A stretch of 64,000 nucleotides of DNA, taken from NCBI GenBank assembly GCA_049324435.1, contig JBMOOQ010000008.1, positions 20,072 to 84,071 of the forward strand, given 5' to 3'. Below the pieces are notes generated by a model. The model worked only from the letters and a program-made list of their open reading frames with translations. It was not told where the DNA came from and did no database searches. Position numbers and translations under genes: made by a program. Origin of the DNA: Pseudomonadota bacterium (lineage in GTDB: Bacteria; Pseudomonadota; Alphaproteobacteria; Rhizobiales; Xanthobacteraceae). This document shows positions 46,159 to 56,457 of the stretch, in pieces; the stretch's first letter is position 1, and every line of letters starts with the position of its first letter.

Positions 46159-47120
46159 GGTTGGCCTCGCGCATTGTTGAACTGATCGCGGCCGCGATTG
46201 CGCTGCTGCCGGTCACGAGCGGCATATCGAACGCGGCCTCGGTACAGGATGCCCTTGGCCGCGAGGTCCAGATTCGCGACAGTTCTCGCATTGTGTCGAT
46301 CGGCGGCGCCGTCACCGAAATCCTGTACGCGCTCGGGCGCGCCGACCTGATCGTCGGTGTCGATTCCACGAGCACGCATCCCGTGGAGGCACTCAAAACC
46401 AAGCCAAATGTCGGCTATTTTCGGCAATTGTCGCCGGAGGGCGTGCTTAGCCTCGGACCATCGCTGATCCTAGCGGCGGAAGGCAGCGGACCGAAAGAGA
46501 CGGTTTCTGTGCTCGAGGCGGCCTCAATCCCGTTCGTGCGGATTCCAGACACCTATGATGGCAAGGGAATCGTCGAGAAGATCAAAATCGTCGCGGCGGC
46601 GACCGAAAGCACCGATCGCGGAGAATGCCTGGCCAGACGCGTTGAGAACGAACTCTCGTCACTCGCCGCGATCCGGCAAGAAATCAAGTCGCCCGCCCGG
46701 GTGATGTTCGTCATGTCTTTTGCAGGGGACAAGCCTATGGTAGCTGGCCGGGGCACGGCGGCCGACGGCCTTATCAAGCTCGCGGGCGGAGTGAATGTCT
46801 TCGACGGTTTCGAGGGCTACAAGATCGTAAACGAGGAAGCCGTCATCGGCGCGGCGCCGGATTGGGTTCTCGGCATGCAGCGGCCGGGCCTGGACATGAC
46901 CGCGGCAGACGTTTTTTCAAAGGCCGCCTTCAGTGCGACGCCAGCAGCACGCCGCAAGCAATTTCTCTCGATGGATGGCCTGTACATGCTGGGATTTGGG
47001 CCGCGCACCGCTCGTGCAGCCGGTGAACTCAGCCGCGCACTCTATCCGAACCTGAATCCGAACCTGACGGCGGGCATTCTGCCCTCCCAGGAAGACGCCG
47101 CGACCGCGTGCAAGAAATGA
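46155..47120 (+). CDS. hmuT: Haemin ABC transporter periplasmic binding protein
   Basis: Signal peptide, class III PBP pattern; ATGA overlap with hmuP stop. Confidence 0.8.
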   Translation: MRLASRIVELIAAAIALLPVTSGISNAASVQDALGREVQIRDSSRIVSIGGAVTEILYALGRADLIVGVDSTSTHPVEALKTKPNVGYFRQLSPEGVLSLGPSLILAAEGSGPKETVSVLEAASIPFVRIPDTYDGKGIVEKIKIVAAATESTDRGECLARRVENELSSLAAIRQEIKSPARVMFVMSFAGDKPMVAGRGTAADGLIKLAGGVNVFDGFEGYKIVNEEAVIGAAPDWVLGMQRPGLDMTAADVFSKAAFSATPAARRKQFLSMDGLYMLGFGPRTARAAGELSRALYPNLNPNLTAGILPSQEDAATACKK

Positions 47121-48184
47121 GTTTCGCGTCTGCCGCGGCACCGGCCGCAGCCCGGCGGCCTCCGGCCTGGCTTGTCATTCCTGTCTTGTTGTTCCTGCTT
47201 GTCGCTGCCGTCGTAGTGGCTGCCCTGACGGGAGCCGCGGGAATACCAGCCGACCGCCTCATCAAAGCGATCTTTGTTCTGTCATCCGGTAGCGAATTCG
47301 AGCGGGATCGTCTGATTCTGTGGTCGATCCGTTTACCCCGGATCGTGATGGCGATGATGGTCGGCGGGATGCTGGCGGCGGCGGGGGCGATCATGCAGGG
47401 GCTGTTCCGCAACCCGCTCGCCGATCCAAGTCTTGTGGGCGTTTCGAGCGGTGCAGGCCTCGCCGCCGCGGCCACGATTGTCATTAGCGATCGCTTCTCG
47501 GGCTTCGTCGGCCAGATGTCTGTCGAAGCTCTGCCTTTTGCCGCGTTTATCGGTGCGCTGGTTGCGACCTATGCGCTTTATCGGCTGGCCACCCGCGACC
47601 GGCGCACCTCCATCGCCATTTTCCTGCTTGGTGGCATCGCGATCGCCGCACTCGCCAATTCCGGGATAGGACTTCTCGTCTTTGCCGCGGACGACCGCCA
47701 GTTGCGCGACGTGACGTTCTGGCTGCTCGGTTCGCTGGCCGGCGCGACCTGGTCGAAAGCCGCCGCGATAGCGCCCGCACTCCTGATCGCTGCGGCCGCG
47801 ATCGGCTTTCTCGCGCGAGGCCTCGACCTGCTCGTCCTGGGCGAGGCCGAAGCCTTTCACGCCGGCGTCTCGGTTCAACGGCTCAAAGTCGGCGCAATCA
47901 TCGTGGTCGCCGCGGCGACCGGGGCCGCGGTCTCGGTCTCCGGCATCATCGGGTTTGTCGGGATCGTGGTCCCGCATCTGTTGCGCCTGATGATCGGGCC
48001 GGGTCATCGGCTTTTGCTGCCCGCCTCGATCCTGCTCGGCGCGGCGCTCCTGTTGTTTGCGGATACCGCCGCCCGCACCATTGCAGCACCGGCCGAGATT
48101 CCGATCGGGATCATTACGGCGGCAATCGGGGCGCCCTTCTTTCTTGTCATGCTGCTGCGACAGCGTTCCCTCGCGACGCTATGA
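47117..48184 (+). CDS. hmuU: Haemin ABC transporter permease (FecCD family)
   Basis: FecCD permease pattern; ATG 47117 overlaps hmuT stop (ATGA). Confidence 0.85.
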   Translation: MSFASAAAPAAARRPPAWLVIPVLLFLLVAAVVVAALTGAAGIPADRLIKAIFVLSSGSEFERDRLILWSIRLPRIVMAMMVGGMLAAAGAIMQGLFRNPLADPSLVGVSSGAGLAAAATIVISDRFSGFVGQMSVEALPFAAFIGALVATYALYRLATRDRRTSIAIFLLGGIAIAALANSGIGLLVFAADDRQLRDVTFWLLGSLAGATWSKAAAIAPALLIAAAAIGFLARGLDLLVLGEAEAFHAGVSVQRLKVGAIIVVAAATGAAVSVSGIIGFVGIVVPHLLRLMIGPGHRLLLPASILLGAALLLFADTAARTIAAPAEIPIGIITAAIGAPFFLVMLLRQRSLATL

Positions 48185-48978
48185 CCTGTTTGATCGAAGC
48201 CCGTGACATTGTCATCGAAATCAACGGCAAGACGATCGTTGATCGCGTAACATTATCAGTGGCGGCAGGCGAAATCATCGCCCTGGTCGGACCGAACGGC
48301 GCCGGAAAGTCGACGCTGCTACGCACGCTGTCCGGCGAGATCCGTCCGAGCGGCGGAACGGTCACGATCAAAGGCCGCCGGATCCAAGACCTGGATTCAT
48401 CGGAACTCGCTCAATGCAGAGCGATGCTGTCTCAGCACACCACCGTGACCTTTCCCTTCACGGTGTCCGAAATCGTCTTGATGGGCGCAAATCCCAACAG
48501 GGGACGCAGCAACCTCGCCGATCTCGTTGACAAGGTGATGGCGGCTGGCGACATCGCGCATCTTGCCTCACAGGTGATTACGCGGCTTTCGGGCGGCGAG
48601 CAGCAGCGCGTCCACTTCGCTCGCACATTGCTACAGCTGGAAACTGCCGACGAAACCTTCCGTCCAGGTCTTCTCCTGCTCGACGAACCGACCTCCAGCC
48701 TCGACCTGAAGCATCAGCTCTTGCTGCTCGCCACCATTCGTGATGTGGCAGCCGCCGGGAACGCCGTCATTGTGGTCATCCACGATCTCAATCTCGCCGC
48801 GATGATCGCAACGCGATTGCTGATGCTGCGGAGTGGAGCCGTCTTCGCATCAGGCTCACCGAAAGACGTGATCGACGATACGACGTTACGGCAGGTCTTC
48901 GGTGTTGCGAATGCCGCGGGAGTGATTCCGCACAATGACTTACCGTTTGTTCTCCCGCATTCCGGACGAATGGTCTGA
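48181..48978 (+). CDS. hmuV: Haemin ABC transporter ATP-binding protein
   Basis: Walker A GPNGAGKST, signature LSGGEQQRV, Walker B LLLDEPTS; ATGA overlap. Confidence 0.85.
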   Translation: MTCLIEARDIVIEINGKTIVDRVTLSVAAGEIIALVGPNGAGKSTLLRTLSGEIRPSGGTVTIKGRRIQDLDSSELAQCRAMLSQHTTVTFPFTVSEIVLMGANPNRGRSNLADLVDKVMAAGDIAHLASQVITRLSGGEQQRVHFARTLLQLETADETFRPGLLLLDEPTSSLDLKHQLLLLATIRDVAAAGNAVIVVIHDLNLAAMIATRLLMLRSGAVFASGSPKDVIDDTTLRQVFGVANAAGVIPHNDLPFVLPHSGRMV

Positions 48979-49010
48979 GCCCGCATCAACATGGTGCGCC
49001 GGCGCGGACA

Positions 49011-50459
49011 TCAAGCCGCGTTCGCGGTGCCGGCGGATACTGCCTGGCGATCGCGGTCGATGAAGGCAACCAGCTCCTTCGTCCGGTCCGCAAATAGCTG
49101 AAGTTTTCCGGTATCCAGCGGCTCGGTCAGAAGCTGCAGCAAGAACACGTCAGAGCCGTCTGCAAATGCCGGCCCCAGACCACAAAAGAAGAAGCCGAGC
49201 CCACGCGCCGCAACAGTAAGGGCCGGAAGTCCTGGATCCTCGATCGGGGCCGCGAGCTGGATCGAGCGCGCTCCGAGAGCACGGACATCCCGGAGCGCTT
49301 GTTCGAGCTCGATGGCGGCATTCGGACCGATACGCTCGAACTGAATCACGCCGTAACCCCGATCGTTCAGCTTGATCGCCGTGTGCGAGTCCGGGGAAAC
49401 CGCACCCGACGCAGCCGCCAGCATCACCGTGACACCGAGGCTTTGATAGATTTCAAACAACACCTCCTTGTAAGGTGCAGGCGCTTGTACCGTGCGTGGC
49501 GCCGGCGGCCGTACGAAACGGAATGTCCGCAGATAGCTTTGACGCTGACCGGCTGTTGGGCAAGCGATGTCCTTCGGACGGAAGCTTTCCGGATTGGCGC
49601 CGAGCAAAACCGCGCATACCGGCATTCCTGCGCGTTCGTCGTTGCGCTGCGAAAAGGTGTGAATGGTTAGCGGTTCGGCATAAATGCCGTGCAGACCTCG
49701 TTTCGGCGCTTCGGCGGACAGAAGGTCCGTCATGCGTTCGAGAAGGTGATGTCCCCTGTAGGCGGGCAAGACGACGGCCTCGCCCCGTTCCGCAACAACA
49801 GCCCCGCCTTCCCGTTCCAGCGCCACATGGCCGATGACGTCACCCTTGCTGCTCCGTGCGACCACCGGGATGAGTTCGCCATTCTCAACTCTGGCCCAGT
49901 AGCGGTGGGGTGCGAAAACGTCGGCGTGGACATAGTGATGTCCGTAGACCTCAAGAAAGCACCGGGCGATCGCCGGCGCATCACCTTTGCCGGGCAACTC
50001 GATGCGAAAGTCCTGCTGGGCCGCTGCCGGTGCGGCCGGCACCGATGAAGACTCGGGTGGCATTCGGTGCACTTCAGCGGCCTGACTCAGGCTGCGGTGA
50101 AGGCTCACTTCCCAGTTGTCAATTCCGCTTTCGCGACAAGAGATCCCGGCATCCGGCCGCAGGCGCGCACCTAACGACGCAACGATGCCGGAAAAGCGCG
50201 AATATCCGCGCAGCAGAATTCTTGCTTTCACTTCGCGGCTGGACATCGTCACGGCAATATGGGCCCGTTCGTCGCCTGACACGTCGGCGGACAGCGCCAG
50301 CCACGCATCGGCGCAATCGTCCGCGATCCGGCTTGCACAGGAAGCGGGTGCATCCTCGGCAAGCGCCGCCTCGCGGACAAAGGCGCGCACCAGTTCGCTG
50401 CGCACGTTACCGAGCGGCAACTGCAATTCGCAGCGCCCTGGATGTATGGGTGATGTCAT
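49011..50459 (-). CDS. Hypothetical protein with GNAT acetyltransferase-like central region
   Basis: GNAT-like stretch VIGHVALEREGGAVVAERGEAVVLPAYRGHHLLERM; start codon uncertain (ORF open to 50567). Confidence 0.35.
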   Translation of the reverse strand: MTSPIHPGRCELQLPLGNVRSELVRAFVREAALAEDAPASCASRIADDCADAWLALSADVSGDERAHIAVTMSSREVKARILLRGYSRFSGIVASLGARLRPDAGISCRESGIDNWEVSLHRSLSQAAEVHRMPPESSSVPAAPAAAQQDFRIELPGKGDAPAIARCFLEVYGHHYVHADVFAPHRYWARVENGELIPVVARSSKGDVIGHVALEREGGAVVAERGEAVVLPAYRGHHLLERMTDLLSAEAPKRGLHGIYAEPLTIHTFSQRNDERAGMPVCAVLLGANPESFRPKDIACPTAGQRQSYLRTFRFVRPPAPRTVQAPAPYKEVLFEIYQSLGVTVMLAAASGAVSPDSHTAIKLNDRGYGVIQFERIGPNAAIELEQALRDVRALGARSIQLAAPIEDPGLPALTVAARGLGFFFCGLGPAFADGSDVFLLQLLTEPLDTGKLQLFADRTKELVAFIDRDRQAVSAGTANAA

Positions 50460-50805
50460 GCCGTCGAATGTCCCCAATCTTGCCAGCGGCCGCTGCTGCC
50501 TCTCACCCGGCCGACATTTCCACAAAATTGTAAACTCCAGATATCCGGGGCGGATTTTTCCCAACACTTTTTGGTCGGCCTCAGGTTCGAGCTGACCTCA
50601 TATGAAAGGCTCCCATTCAATGTCGCGGGGCTGCCCCTGCGATAATAGCGCCCCCCGATATGACCCGCCCGGACCTGCGATGCGTAAGGCATGTCAGCTT
50701 GTGCTTATCGGCCATGAAACGAAATGCCGGTTCGTGAGTTAGCCAGGTCAGCAGAGTGCAGCGTCCAATTTAGAGCGGACATTACACTGCAATCCGGAGA
50801 CACAA

Positions 50806-51102
50806 ATGAAAGTAGCGCTCGCATTATCGACCCTGCTTTTTGCGACGGCACTGGCAGCAGCCCAGCAGAATGAGCGTGGCGATGCTTCGAAAGATATGAC
50901 GAATTGTCCGCCCAGCGCGGCACGGAATGCAACGACCGGCGCGGCCTCGTCAGAGGCACAGGCCGTCGAGAAGAGCGCCATCCTGCCGTCGGCAGGGGGG
51001 CATGAAAATTCGGCCGCCCCCACGGTTCAAAGACATGGCGAGTCGGTGGAGGTGCATCCGAACTGTCCGCAAGATGCAAATCAGCCCAACCCGAAAAACT
51101 AG
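50806..51102 (+). CDS. Small exported low-complexity protein
   Basis: Signal peptide MKVALALSTLLFATALAAAQ; 98 aa. Confidence 0.35.
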   Translation: MKVALALSTLLFATALAAAQQNERGDASKDMTNCPPSAARNATTGAASSEAQAVEKSAILPSAGGHENSAAPTVQRHGESVEVHPNCPQDANQPNPKN

Positions 51103-51325
51103 CGGCAGCAACCACGTCCTGACAGCGTCAAGCACCTGAATTGAACGATGACGTTGGGCGTTTTGCGGTCAGCTCCGTAGAGCTCTGACTTTCGCGGATA
51201 GCGCCGATTGTATTGCGGCGCGACATCCAGGCGCACGAGCACAGGACCTGCAGGCGCTTTGCAAGCAATCGCGATTATTTTAGTCTACCACGACCCTCAA
51301 CAACGGGGTAACGGGAGGACTATCG

Positions 51326-51448
51326 ATGCGCGCTTTCATTGCCGCATGCGTCGCGATTGTCGTGATTGCGGGCGCAGGTTTCTACGCAACCAACATGATG
51401 CAGGTGACGAGCACCGCCGCATACACCTCGACTGGCGCCCGAATCTAG
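51326..51448 (+). CDS. 40-aa single-helix membrane peptide
   Basis: Not in ORF track. RBS GGGAGG-6nt-ATG; MRAFIAACVAIVVIAGAGFYATNMMQVTSTAAYTSTGARI; followed by a strong palindrome. Confidence 0.3.
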   Translation: MRAFIAACVAIVVIAGAGFYATNMMQVTSTAAYTSTGARI

Positions 51449-51470
51449 GCAACAAGCAGGCTGCGACACG

Positions 51471-51512
51471 CAAAGAAAAGCGCCCGGGGAAGCTTCGCCG
51501 GGCGCTTTCGAT
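51471..51512. terminator. Bidirectional terminator / 31-nt near-perfect palindrome
   Basis: AAAGCGCCCGGggaagcttcgCCGGGCGCTTT (51477-51507), A-rich before and T-containing after; between convergent small ORF and fdnI-like gene. Confidence 0.45.
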
Positions 51513-51526
51513 TATCCGTTCGACGC

Positions 51527-52543
51527 CTATTCTGCGGGAGTCGCGTGCGGTGTTGCGCCGCCGGTTACGCGCCGGTTCTCTTCCTCGAGCCACAAGGCGT
51601 GATGTTGCTTTGCCCAGTTGACGTCGACCTCGCCGCTGCCCATTGCTTCGAACGCCCCCTCCATACCGATCGTGCCGATATAGATGTGGGCGAGCATCGC
51701 CGCGATGAAGAGAACACCAATGATGCTGTGCACGATCTGGGCGGTCTGCATGCCCGAAATCGTCAGCCCGCCATAGAACGGGAACATGAGGATATAGCCG
51801 GAGATGGCCACCGCCGCACCGCCGAGAACGACGATCCAATAGATCATCTTCTGTCCGGCATTGAAGCGGTATGCAGGCGGGTGATCGTCGCCGATGATGC
51901 CGCCGCCTCTCTTGAGCCATTCGATATCGACCCGGTTCGGGATGTTGCCGCCGATCCAGATCAGGAAGATCAACACCACGCCGATCGTAAAGGGGAAGCT
52001 CAGGTAATTATGAGCGTACTTGCCCCATTGCGACCAGCCCGCGAAGGCAGCTTCGCCCATGATAGGCAAAAGCAATGCCTTTCCGAAGGTGATGTTCAAC
52101 CCTGACACCGCAAGCACGATAAAGCAGGCCGCTGTCATCCAATGGACGAAGCGCTCGAACGCATTGAAGCGGACAACGGTGCGGCCGGACCGGCCGTTCT
52201 GGATCTTGATCATGCCGCGGGCCAGATAGAAAGCTACGAGAAGCGCCAGCATGCCGACAATGGCGATGGCACCGATCCAGTACAGCGTCACCTGATGGAA
52301 TTCGCGCCATTCGCGGCCCGCCGGCTGAATCAACAGGCCTTCCTTCTGATCCGGGATCGTGACCCGTCCCTGGATCCGGTTCAATTCCTGGAGAAGTTGC
52401 TGCTCGCTGACCGCGCTGGCAGTCGGATTGACCGAGCCGTCGGGGTTTCTGCTTTGCGCGCCTGCGGGCGTCAGCAAGGCAACAGCGCATAGCACCAGAA
52501 ATGCACCAATCACCGTCCGCAAGGGGTTCTTAAGGCTGTTCAT
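51527..52543 (-). CDS. Formate dehydrogenase cytochrome b556 (gamma) subunit with N-terminal periplasmic extension
   Basis: Start ATG 52543 (MNSLKNPL, RBS GGAGAG); signal peptide + ~110-aa extension, then 4-TM FdnI/FdoI-like dihaem cytochrome b. Confidence 0.75.
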   Translation of the reverse strand: MNSLKNPLRTVIGAFLVLCAVALLTPAGAQSRNPDGSVNPTASAVSEQQLLQELNRIQGRVTIPDQKEGLLIQPAGREWREFHQVTLYWIGAIAIVGMLALLVAFYLARGMIKIQNGRSGRTVVRFNAFERFVHWMTAACFIVLAVSGLNITFGKALLLPIMGEAAFAGWSQWGKYAHNYLSFPFTIGVVLIFLIWIGGNIPNRVDIEWLKRGGGIIGDDHPPAYRFNAGQKMIYWIVVLGGAAVAISGYILMFPFYGGLTISGMQTAQIVHSIIGVLFIAAMLAHIYIGTIGMEGAFEAMGSGEVDVNWAKQHHALWLEEENRRVTGGATPHATPAE

Positions 52544-52621
52544 CCCCGTCTCTCCGCTTTTTCTATTGCTGCCATGTAGCCGCGGGGCCGGGATCATCGC
52601 CGGCCCCGCGCCTCCCGGACG

Positions 52622-53218
52622 TCAGGACGCGATCGTTTCCTTGTAAGCCGTCTTCCAACCCCAGGCGCCGGAGCCGTAGCCGCGTTTCACAACCCGCTCC
52701 TTGTAGATCTGAGCAATGATCTCGCCGTCACCGGCCAGCAGCGACTTGGTCGAGCACATCTCCGCGCAGAGCGGCAGCTTGCCTTCGGCCAGACGGTTGG
52801 CGCCGTACTTGGCGTACTCGGCCTGCGAGCCATCAGCCTCGGGCCCGCCGGCGCAGAAGGTGCACTTGTCCATCTTGCCGCGCGAACCGAAATTGCCGAC
52901 CCGCGGATATTGAGGGGCGCCGAACGGACAGGCGTAGAAGCAATAGCCGCAGCCGATGCAGAGATCCTTTGAGTGCAGGACCACGGCGTCGGCCGTCGTA
53001 TAGAAGCAGCTGACCGGGCAAACCGCCGCGCATGGCGCGTCGGTGCAATGCATGCAGGCCATCGACACCGAACGCTCGCCAGGCTTGCCGTCGTTGATGG
53101 TGACGACACGCCGCCGGTTGATGCCCCAAGGCACTTCGTTTTCGTTCTTGCAGGCGGTGACGCAAGCGTTGCATTCGATGCAACGATCGGCGTCGCAAAG
53201 GAATTTCATACGAGCCAT
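52622..53218 (-). CDS. Formate dehydrogenase iron-sulfur (beta) subunit, 4x[4Fe-4S]
   Basis: Four Cys clusters (CIECNACVTAC, CMHCTDAPCAAVCP, CIGCGYCFYACP, CTFCAG...C). Confidence 0.8.
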   Translation of the reverse strand: MARMKFLCDADRCIECNACVTACKNENEVPWGINRRRVVTINDGKPGERSVSMACMHCTDAPCAAVCPVSCFYTTADAVVLHSKDLCIGCGYCFYACPFGAPQYPRVGNFGSRGKMDKCTFCAGGPEADGSQAEYAKYGANRLAEGKLPLCAEMCSTKSLLAGDGEIIAQIYKERVVKRGYGSGAWGWKTAYKETIAS

Positions 53219-53230
53219 GGTTGCGTCTCC

Positions 53231-56203
53231 TTACGCCGCGCGGATCTGACAGAGCGTGGCTTTTGGTTCTTGCATGCCTGTCACCGGATCGTAGCCATAG
53301 GTTGTGAGCGTATTGACGCTTTCGCCCAGCACGATCGGATCGGCACCGGTCGGATATTTGCTGCGCTGATCGACGCCCTGGAACCAACCGGCGAAGTGGA
53401 ACGGACACCAGGCCACTCCCTTGCCGACACGCTCGGTCACGAGCGCCTTCATGCGAGCCTTGGACGCGTTCTCCGGGCCGGTTACCCAGACCCAGCCACC
53501 GTCCTTGATGCCGCGTTCGGCGGCGTCGGACGGGTTGATTTCTATGAACATGTCCTGCTGAAGTTCGGCGAGCCACTTATTGGACCGCGTTTCTTCGCCG
53601 CCGCCTTCGTATTCGACCAGACGGCCCGAGGTGAGGACGATCGGGAATTGCTTCGCAATTCCCTTATCGACCGCGGCCTTCTGCACATCGAAGCCGACAT
53701 TGGGCAGCCGGAACTGCCGCGCATTCGGCAGCGTCGGATACTTCGCCACGAGATCGGGACGCGGCGTATAAATCGGCTCGCGGTGCACCGGAATAGCATC
53801 CGGCAGCCCGAACGCATTCGCGCGCGCCTTGCCATTGCCGTACGGGATACAGCCGTGCTCGATCGCAACACGCTGAATACCGCCGGACAGATCGATCGAC
53901 CAGGACACGGCATCCGGATTGGCGGAATTGATCTTCTGGATCACCGCCAGCTCGGCTTCCGTGAGGTCCTTGTCCCAGCCGAGCTTCTTCAGCACGCCGA
54001 GTGTGAATTCGGGATAGCCGTCCTTGATTTCCGAGTCCTTTGAGTAGGAGCCCTCGGAGAGCAGATTGATCCGCTGCTCGCGCTCGACCTCCTGCCCGTT
54101 CTCGATCACCTTGGTCTTGACGATCCGTTCGACGCCGAAGCGCGCGCGGAATGTGCCGCCGCCGTCCTTCACCGCAAGGCTGGTGTTGTACAGCGTGTGC
54201 GTTCCGGGGTGCTTGAATTCCGGTTTGCCCCAGCACGGCCAAGGCAATCCGTAGTAATCGCCCTTGGCGGGACCGTCCTTGGCCCGCAGGGAAACAAGGT
54301 CGAAGTCCTTCTGGTTCTGCATGTGAACCTTGAGACGTTCCGGCGACTGGCCGCAATAACCGGTCGACCACCCGCCGCGATTGATCTCGCGAAGGATGTC
54401 CTCCGGAACCGGCCGGTTGCCCTCCACCTTGATGTTCTTGAACATCAGGTCGGCGAAGCCGAGCTTCTTGGCCAACAGGTACATGACCTCGTAGTCGTCC
54501 TTCGACTCGAAGATCGGCTTGACGACCTGTTCGCCCCACTGAATCGAGCGGTTGGACGCGGTGCGGGAACCCGAGGTCTCGAACTGCGTGCAGATCGGCA
54601 GCAAATAGGTGCCATTCTTGCGTTCCGACAGCGCGGCCCAGGTCGTGGGATGCGGGTCGGCGACGACGAGGAGATCGAGCTTCTCGATTCCCTTGGCGGC
54701 GTCTGGCATGCGGGTGACGGTATTGCCGCCGTGCCCGAACACCATCATCGCCTTGACGTTGTCCTTCTGCGACACCTGCTCTTTCGGCAGCATCGCCGCG
54801 TCGAACCATCGGGTCGACGGGATGCCGGGCGTATTCATCATCTTGACCGGCTTTCCGTCGGCCCCGGTGATGGTATCGAACCGCCCCTCGAACCACGAAT
54901 AATCCACGTCCCAGACACGCGCCCAGTGCCGCCAAGCGCCTTCGACGAGGCCGTAGTAAAGCGGCAGCGTTGCGATATCGAGGCCGAGATCGGTTGCGCC
55001 CTGCACATTGCAGTGGCCCCGGAAAATGTTGGCGCCATTACCGAAGCCGCCGACATTGCCGGTCGCAAGCAGCGCAATGCAGAAAGCGCGCACATTGGCG
55101 GTGCCGACCGTGTGCTGGGTGGAGCCCATGCACCAGATCAGGGTCGACGGCTTTTCAGTCGCGAACATCTTGGCGACGCGCTCGAGTTGCTTGCCCGGCA
55201 CGCCGCTCACGCGCTCGACCTCGTCCGGAGTCCATTTCTCGATTTCCTTGCGGACGTCGTCCATGCCGTAGACGCGCTGCTGGATGAACTGCTTGTCCTC
55301 CCAGCCGTTCTTGAAAATGTGCCAGAGCATTCCGTAAACCACCGGAATGTCGGTACCGGGACGAAGGCGCACATATTCGGTCGCATGCGCCGCGGTGCGG
55401 GTCATGCGCGGGTCCATCACGATCATGTTCGCGCGCTGCAGTTCCTTGCCTTCCAGAACATGCTGCAGCGATACCGGATGCGCTTCGGCCGCGTTGCTGC
55501 CGATGAACAGAATCGTCTTTGCGTTCCGGATGTCGTTGTAGCTGTTGGTCTGCGCGCCGTAACCCCAGGTATTGGCAACGCCCGCCACCGTAGTCGAATG
55601 GCAGATACGCGCCTGATGGTCGACGTTATTGGTGCCCCAGAACGCCGCAAGCTTGCGGTTCAGATAAGCGCCCTCGTTAGAGAACTTCGCCGAGCCCAGC
55701 CAATAGACCGAATCCGGTCCCGACTTGGCCCGGATCTCCATCAGCTTGTCGCCGATCTCGTTGATCGCGACGTCCCACGAAATCCGCTGCCACTGGCCGT
55801 TCACCAGCTTCATCGGATATTTCAGCCGCCGGTCCCCATGCACCAGCTCGCGCACGGAGGCACCCTTCGCACAGTGCGATCCCCGGTTGATCGGAGACTC
55901 CCAGCCGGGCTCCTGTCCGACCCACACGCCGTTCTGGACTTCGGCGATCACGGTACAGCCGACCGAACAATGCGTGCAGATATTCTTGCGGATCGTAATC
56001 CCCGCGCCTGTCGGCATGGTGCCTGCGGCCTCCGCCTTGCGCATGCCGGCAAGCGGCAACGCGCCAACCATGGCGAGGCCGCCCGCAGCCAGTCCGGAGC
56101 GGCGAAGGAATGTGCGGCGATCGAGACCGCCGACCGATTGATTGCCGAGCGAGGCGGCGAGCCGGCCACGTCGCTTGTCGCGTTCCGTTCTCTTGATCAG
56201 CAC
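53231..56203 (-). CDS. Formate dehydrogenase catalytic (alpha) subunit, molybdopterin oxidoreductase, Tat-exported, Cys-type (no selenocysteine)
   Basis: Tat signal RRTFLRRSGLAAGGLA; N-terminal Fe-S CTHCSVGC; uninterrupted 990-aa ORF with TGC Cys codon (55601-55603) in RICHSTTV where FdnG has Sec-His. Confidence 0.9.
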   Translation of the reverse strand: MLIKRTERDKRRGRLAASLGNQSVGGLDRRTFLRRSGLAAGGLAMVGALPLAGMRKAEAAGTMPTGAGITIRKNICTHCSVGCTVIAEVQNGVWVGQEPGWESPINRGSHCAKGASVRELVHGDRRLKYPMKLVNGQWQRISWDVAINEIGDKLMEIRAKSGPDSVYWLGSAKFSNEGAYLNRKLAAFWGTNNVDHQARICHSTTVAGVANTWGYGAQTNSYNDIRNAKTILFIGSNAAEAHPVSLQHVLEGKELQRANMIVMDPRMTRTAAHATEYVRLRPGTDIPVVYGMLWHIFKNGWEDKQFIQQRVYGMDDVRKEIEKWTPDEVERVSGVPGKQLERVAKMFATEKPSTLIWCMGSTQHTVGTANVRAFCIALLATGNVGGFGNGANIFRGHCNVQGATDLGLDIATLPLYYGLVEGAWRHWARVWDVDYSWFEGRFDTITGADGKPVKMMNTPGIPSTRWFDAAMLPKEQVSQKDNVKAMMVFGHGGNTVTRMPDAAKGIEKLDLLVVADPHPTTWAALSERKNGTYLLPICTQFETSGSRTASNRSIQWGEQVVKPIFESKDDYEVMYLLAKKLGFADLMFKNIKVEGNRPVPEDILREINRGGWSTGYCGQSPERLKVHMQNQKDFDLVSLRAKDGPAKGDYYGLPWPCWGKPEFKHPGTHTLYNTSLAVKDGGGTFRARFGVERIVKTKVIENGQEVEREQRINLLSEGSYSKDSEIKDGYPEFTLGVLKKLGWDKDLTEAELAVIQKINSANPDAVSWSIDLSGGIQRVAIEHGCIPYGNGKARANAFGLPDAIPVHREPIYTPRPDLVAKYPTLPNARQFRLPNVGFDVQKAAVDKGIAKQFPIVLTSGRLVEYEGGGEETRSNKWLAELQQDMFIEINPSDAAERGIKDGGWVWVTGPENASKARMKALVTERVGKGVAWCPFHFAGWFQGVDQRSKYPTGADPIVLGESVNTLTTYGYDPVTGMQEPKATLCQIRAA

Positions 56204-56215
56204 GGCGATGCCTCC

Positions 56216-56425
56216 TCAGCTGGGATACCGGTTGACCCGGTAATAGGTCTGGACTTCTTTGGAATTGGCCTGATAGCGGGCCTTCCGCTTCTCATCGCCG
56301 GTCTCGCTATCGGCTTTCGCAGCCGTTGCGAGCGGCGCCGCGGCCGTTACGGCAACACCTGCGCCCGCGCCAAGCGCGCGCAAGACATCGCGGCGTCCGA
56401 TCGCCGTCTTGCTGTCGTGTTTCAT
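56216..56425 (-). CDS. Small Tat-signal protein of the formate dehydrogenase region
   Basis: Start ATG 56425 (RBS GGAGGAG); MKHDSKTAIGRRDVLRALGAGAGVAVTAAAPLATAA twin-arginine signal; 69 aa. Confidence 0.55.
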   Translation of the reverse strand: MKHDSKTAIGRRDVLRALGAGAGVAVTAAAPLATAAKADSETGDEKRKARYQANSKEVQTYYRVNRYPS

Positions 56426-56457
56426 CGCCGTCTCCTCCGTTGTGGAAGTCCGCGCCG

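Noticed and set aside
53231-56203. Looked for an in-frame TGA (selenocysteine) and a SECIS element in the formate dehydrogenase alpha gene
   Set aside because: The frame is uninterrupted and the catalytic position is a TGC Cys codon
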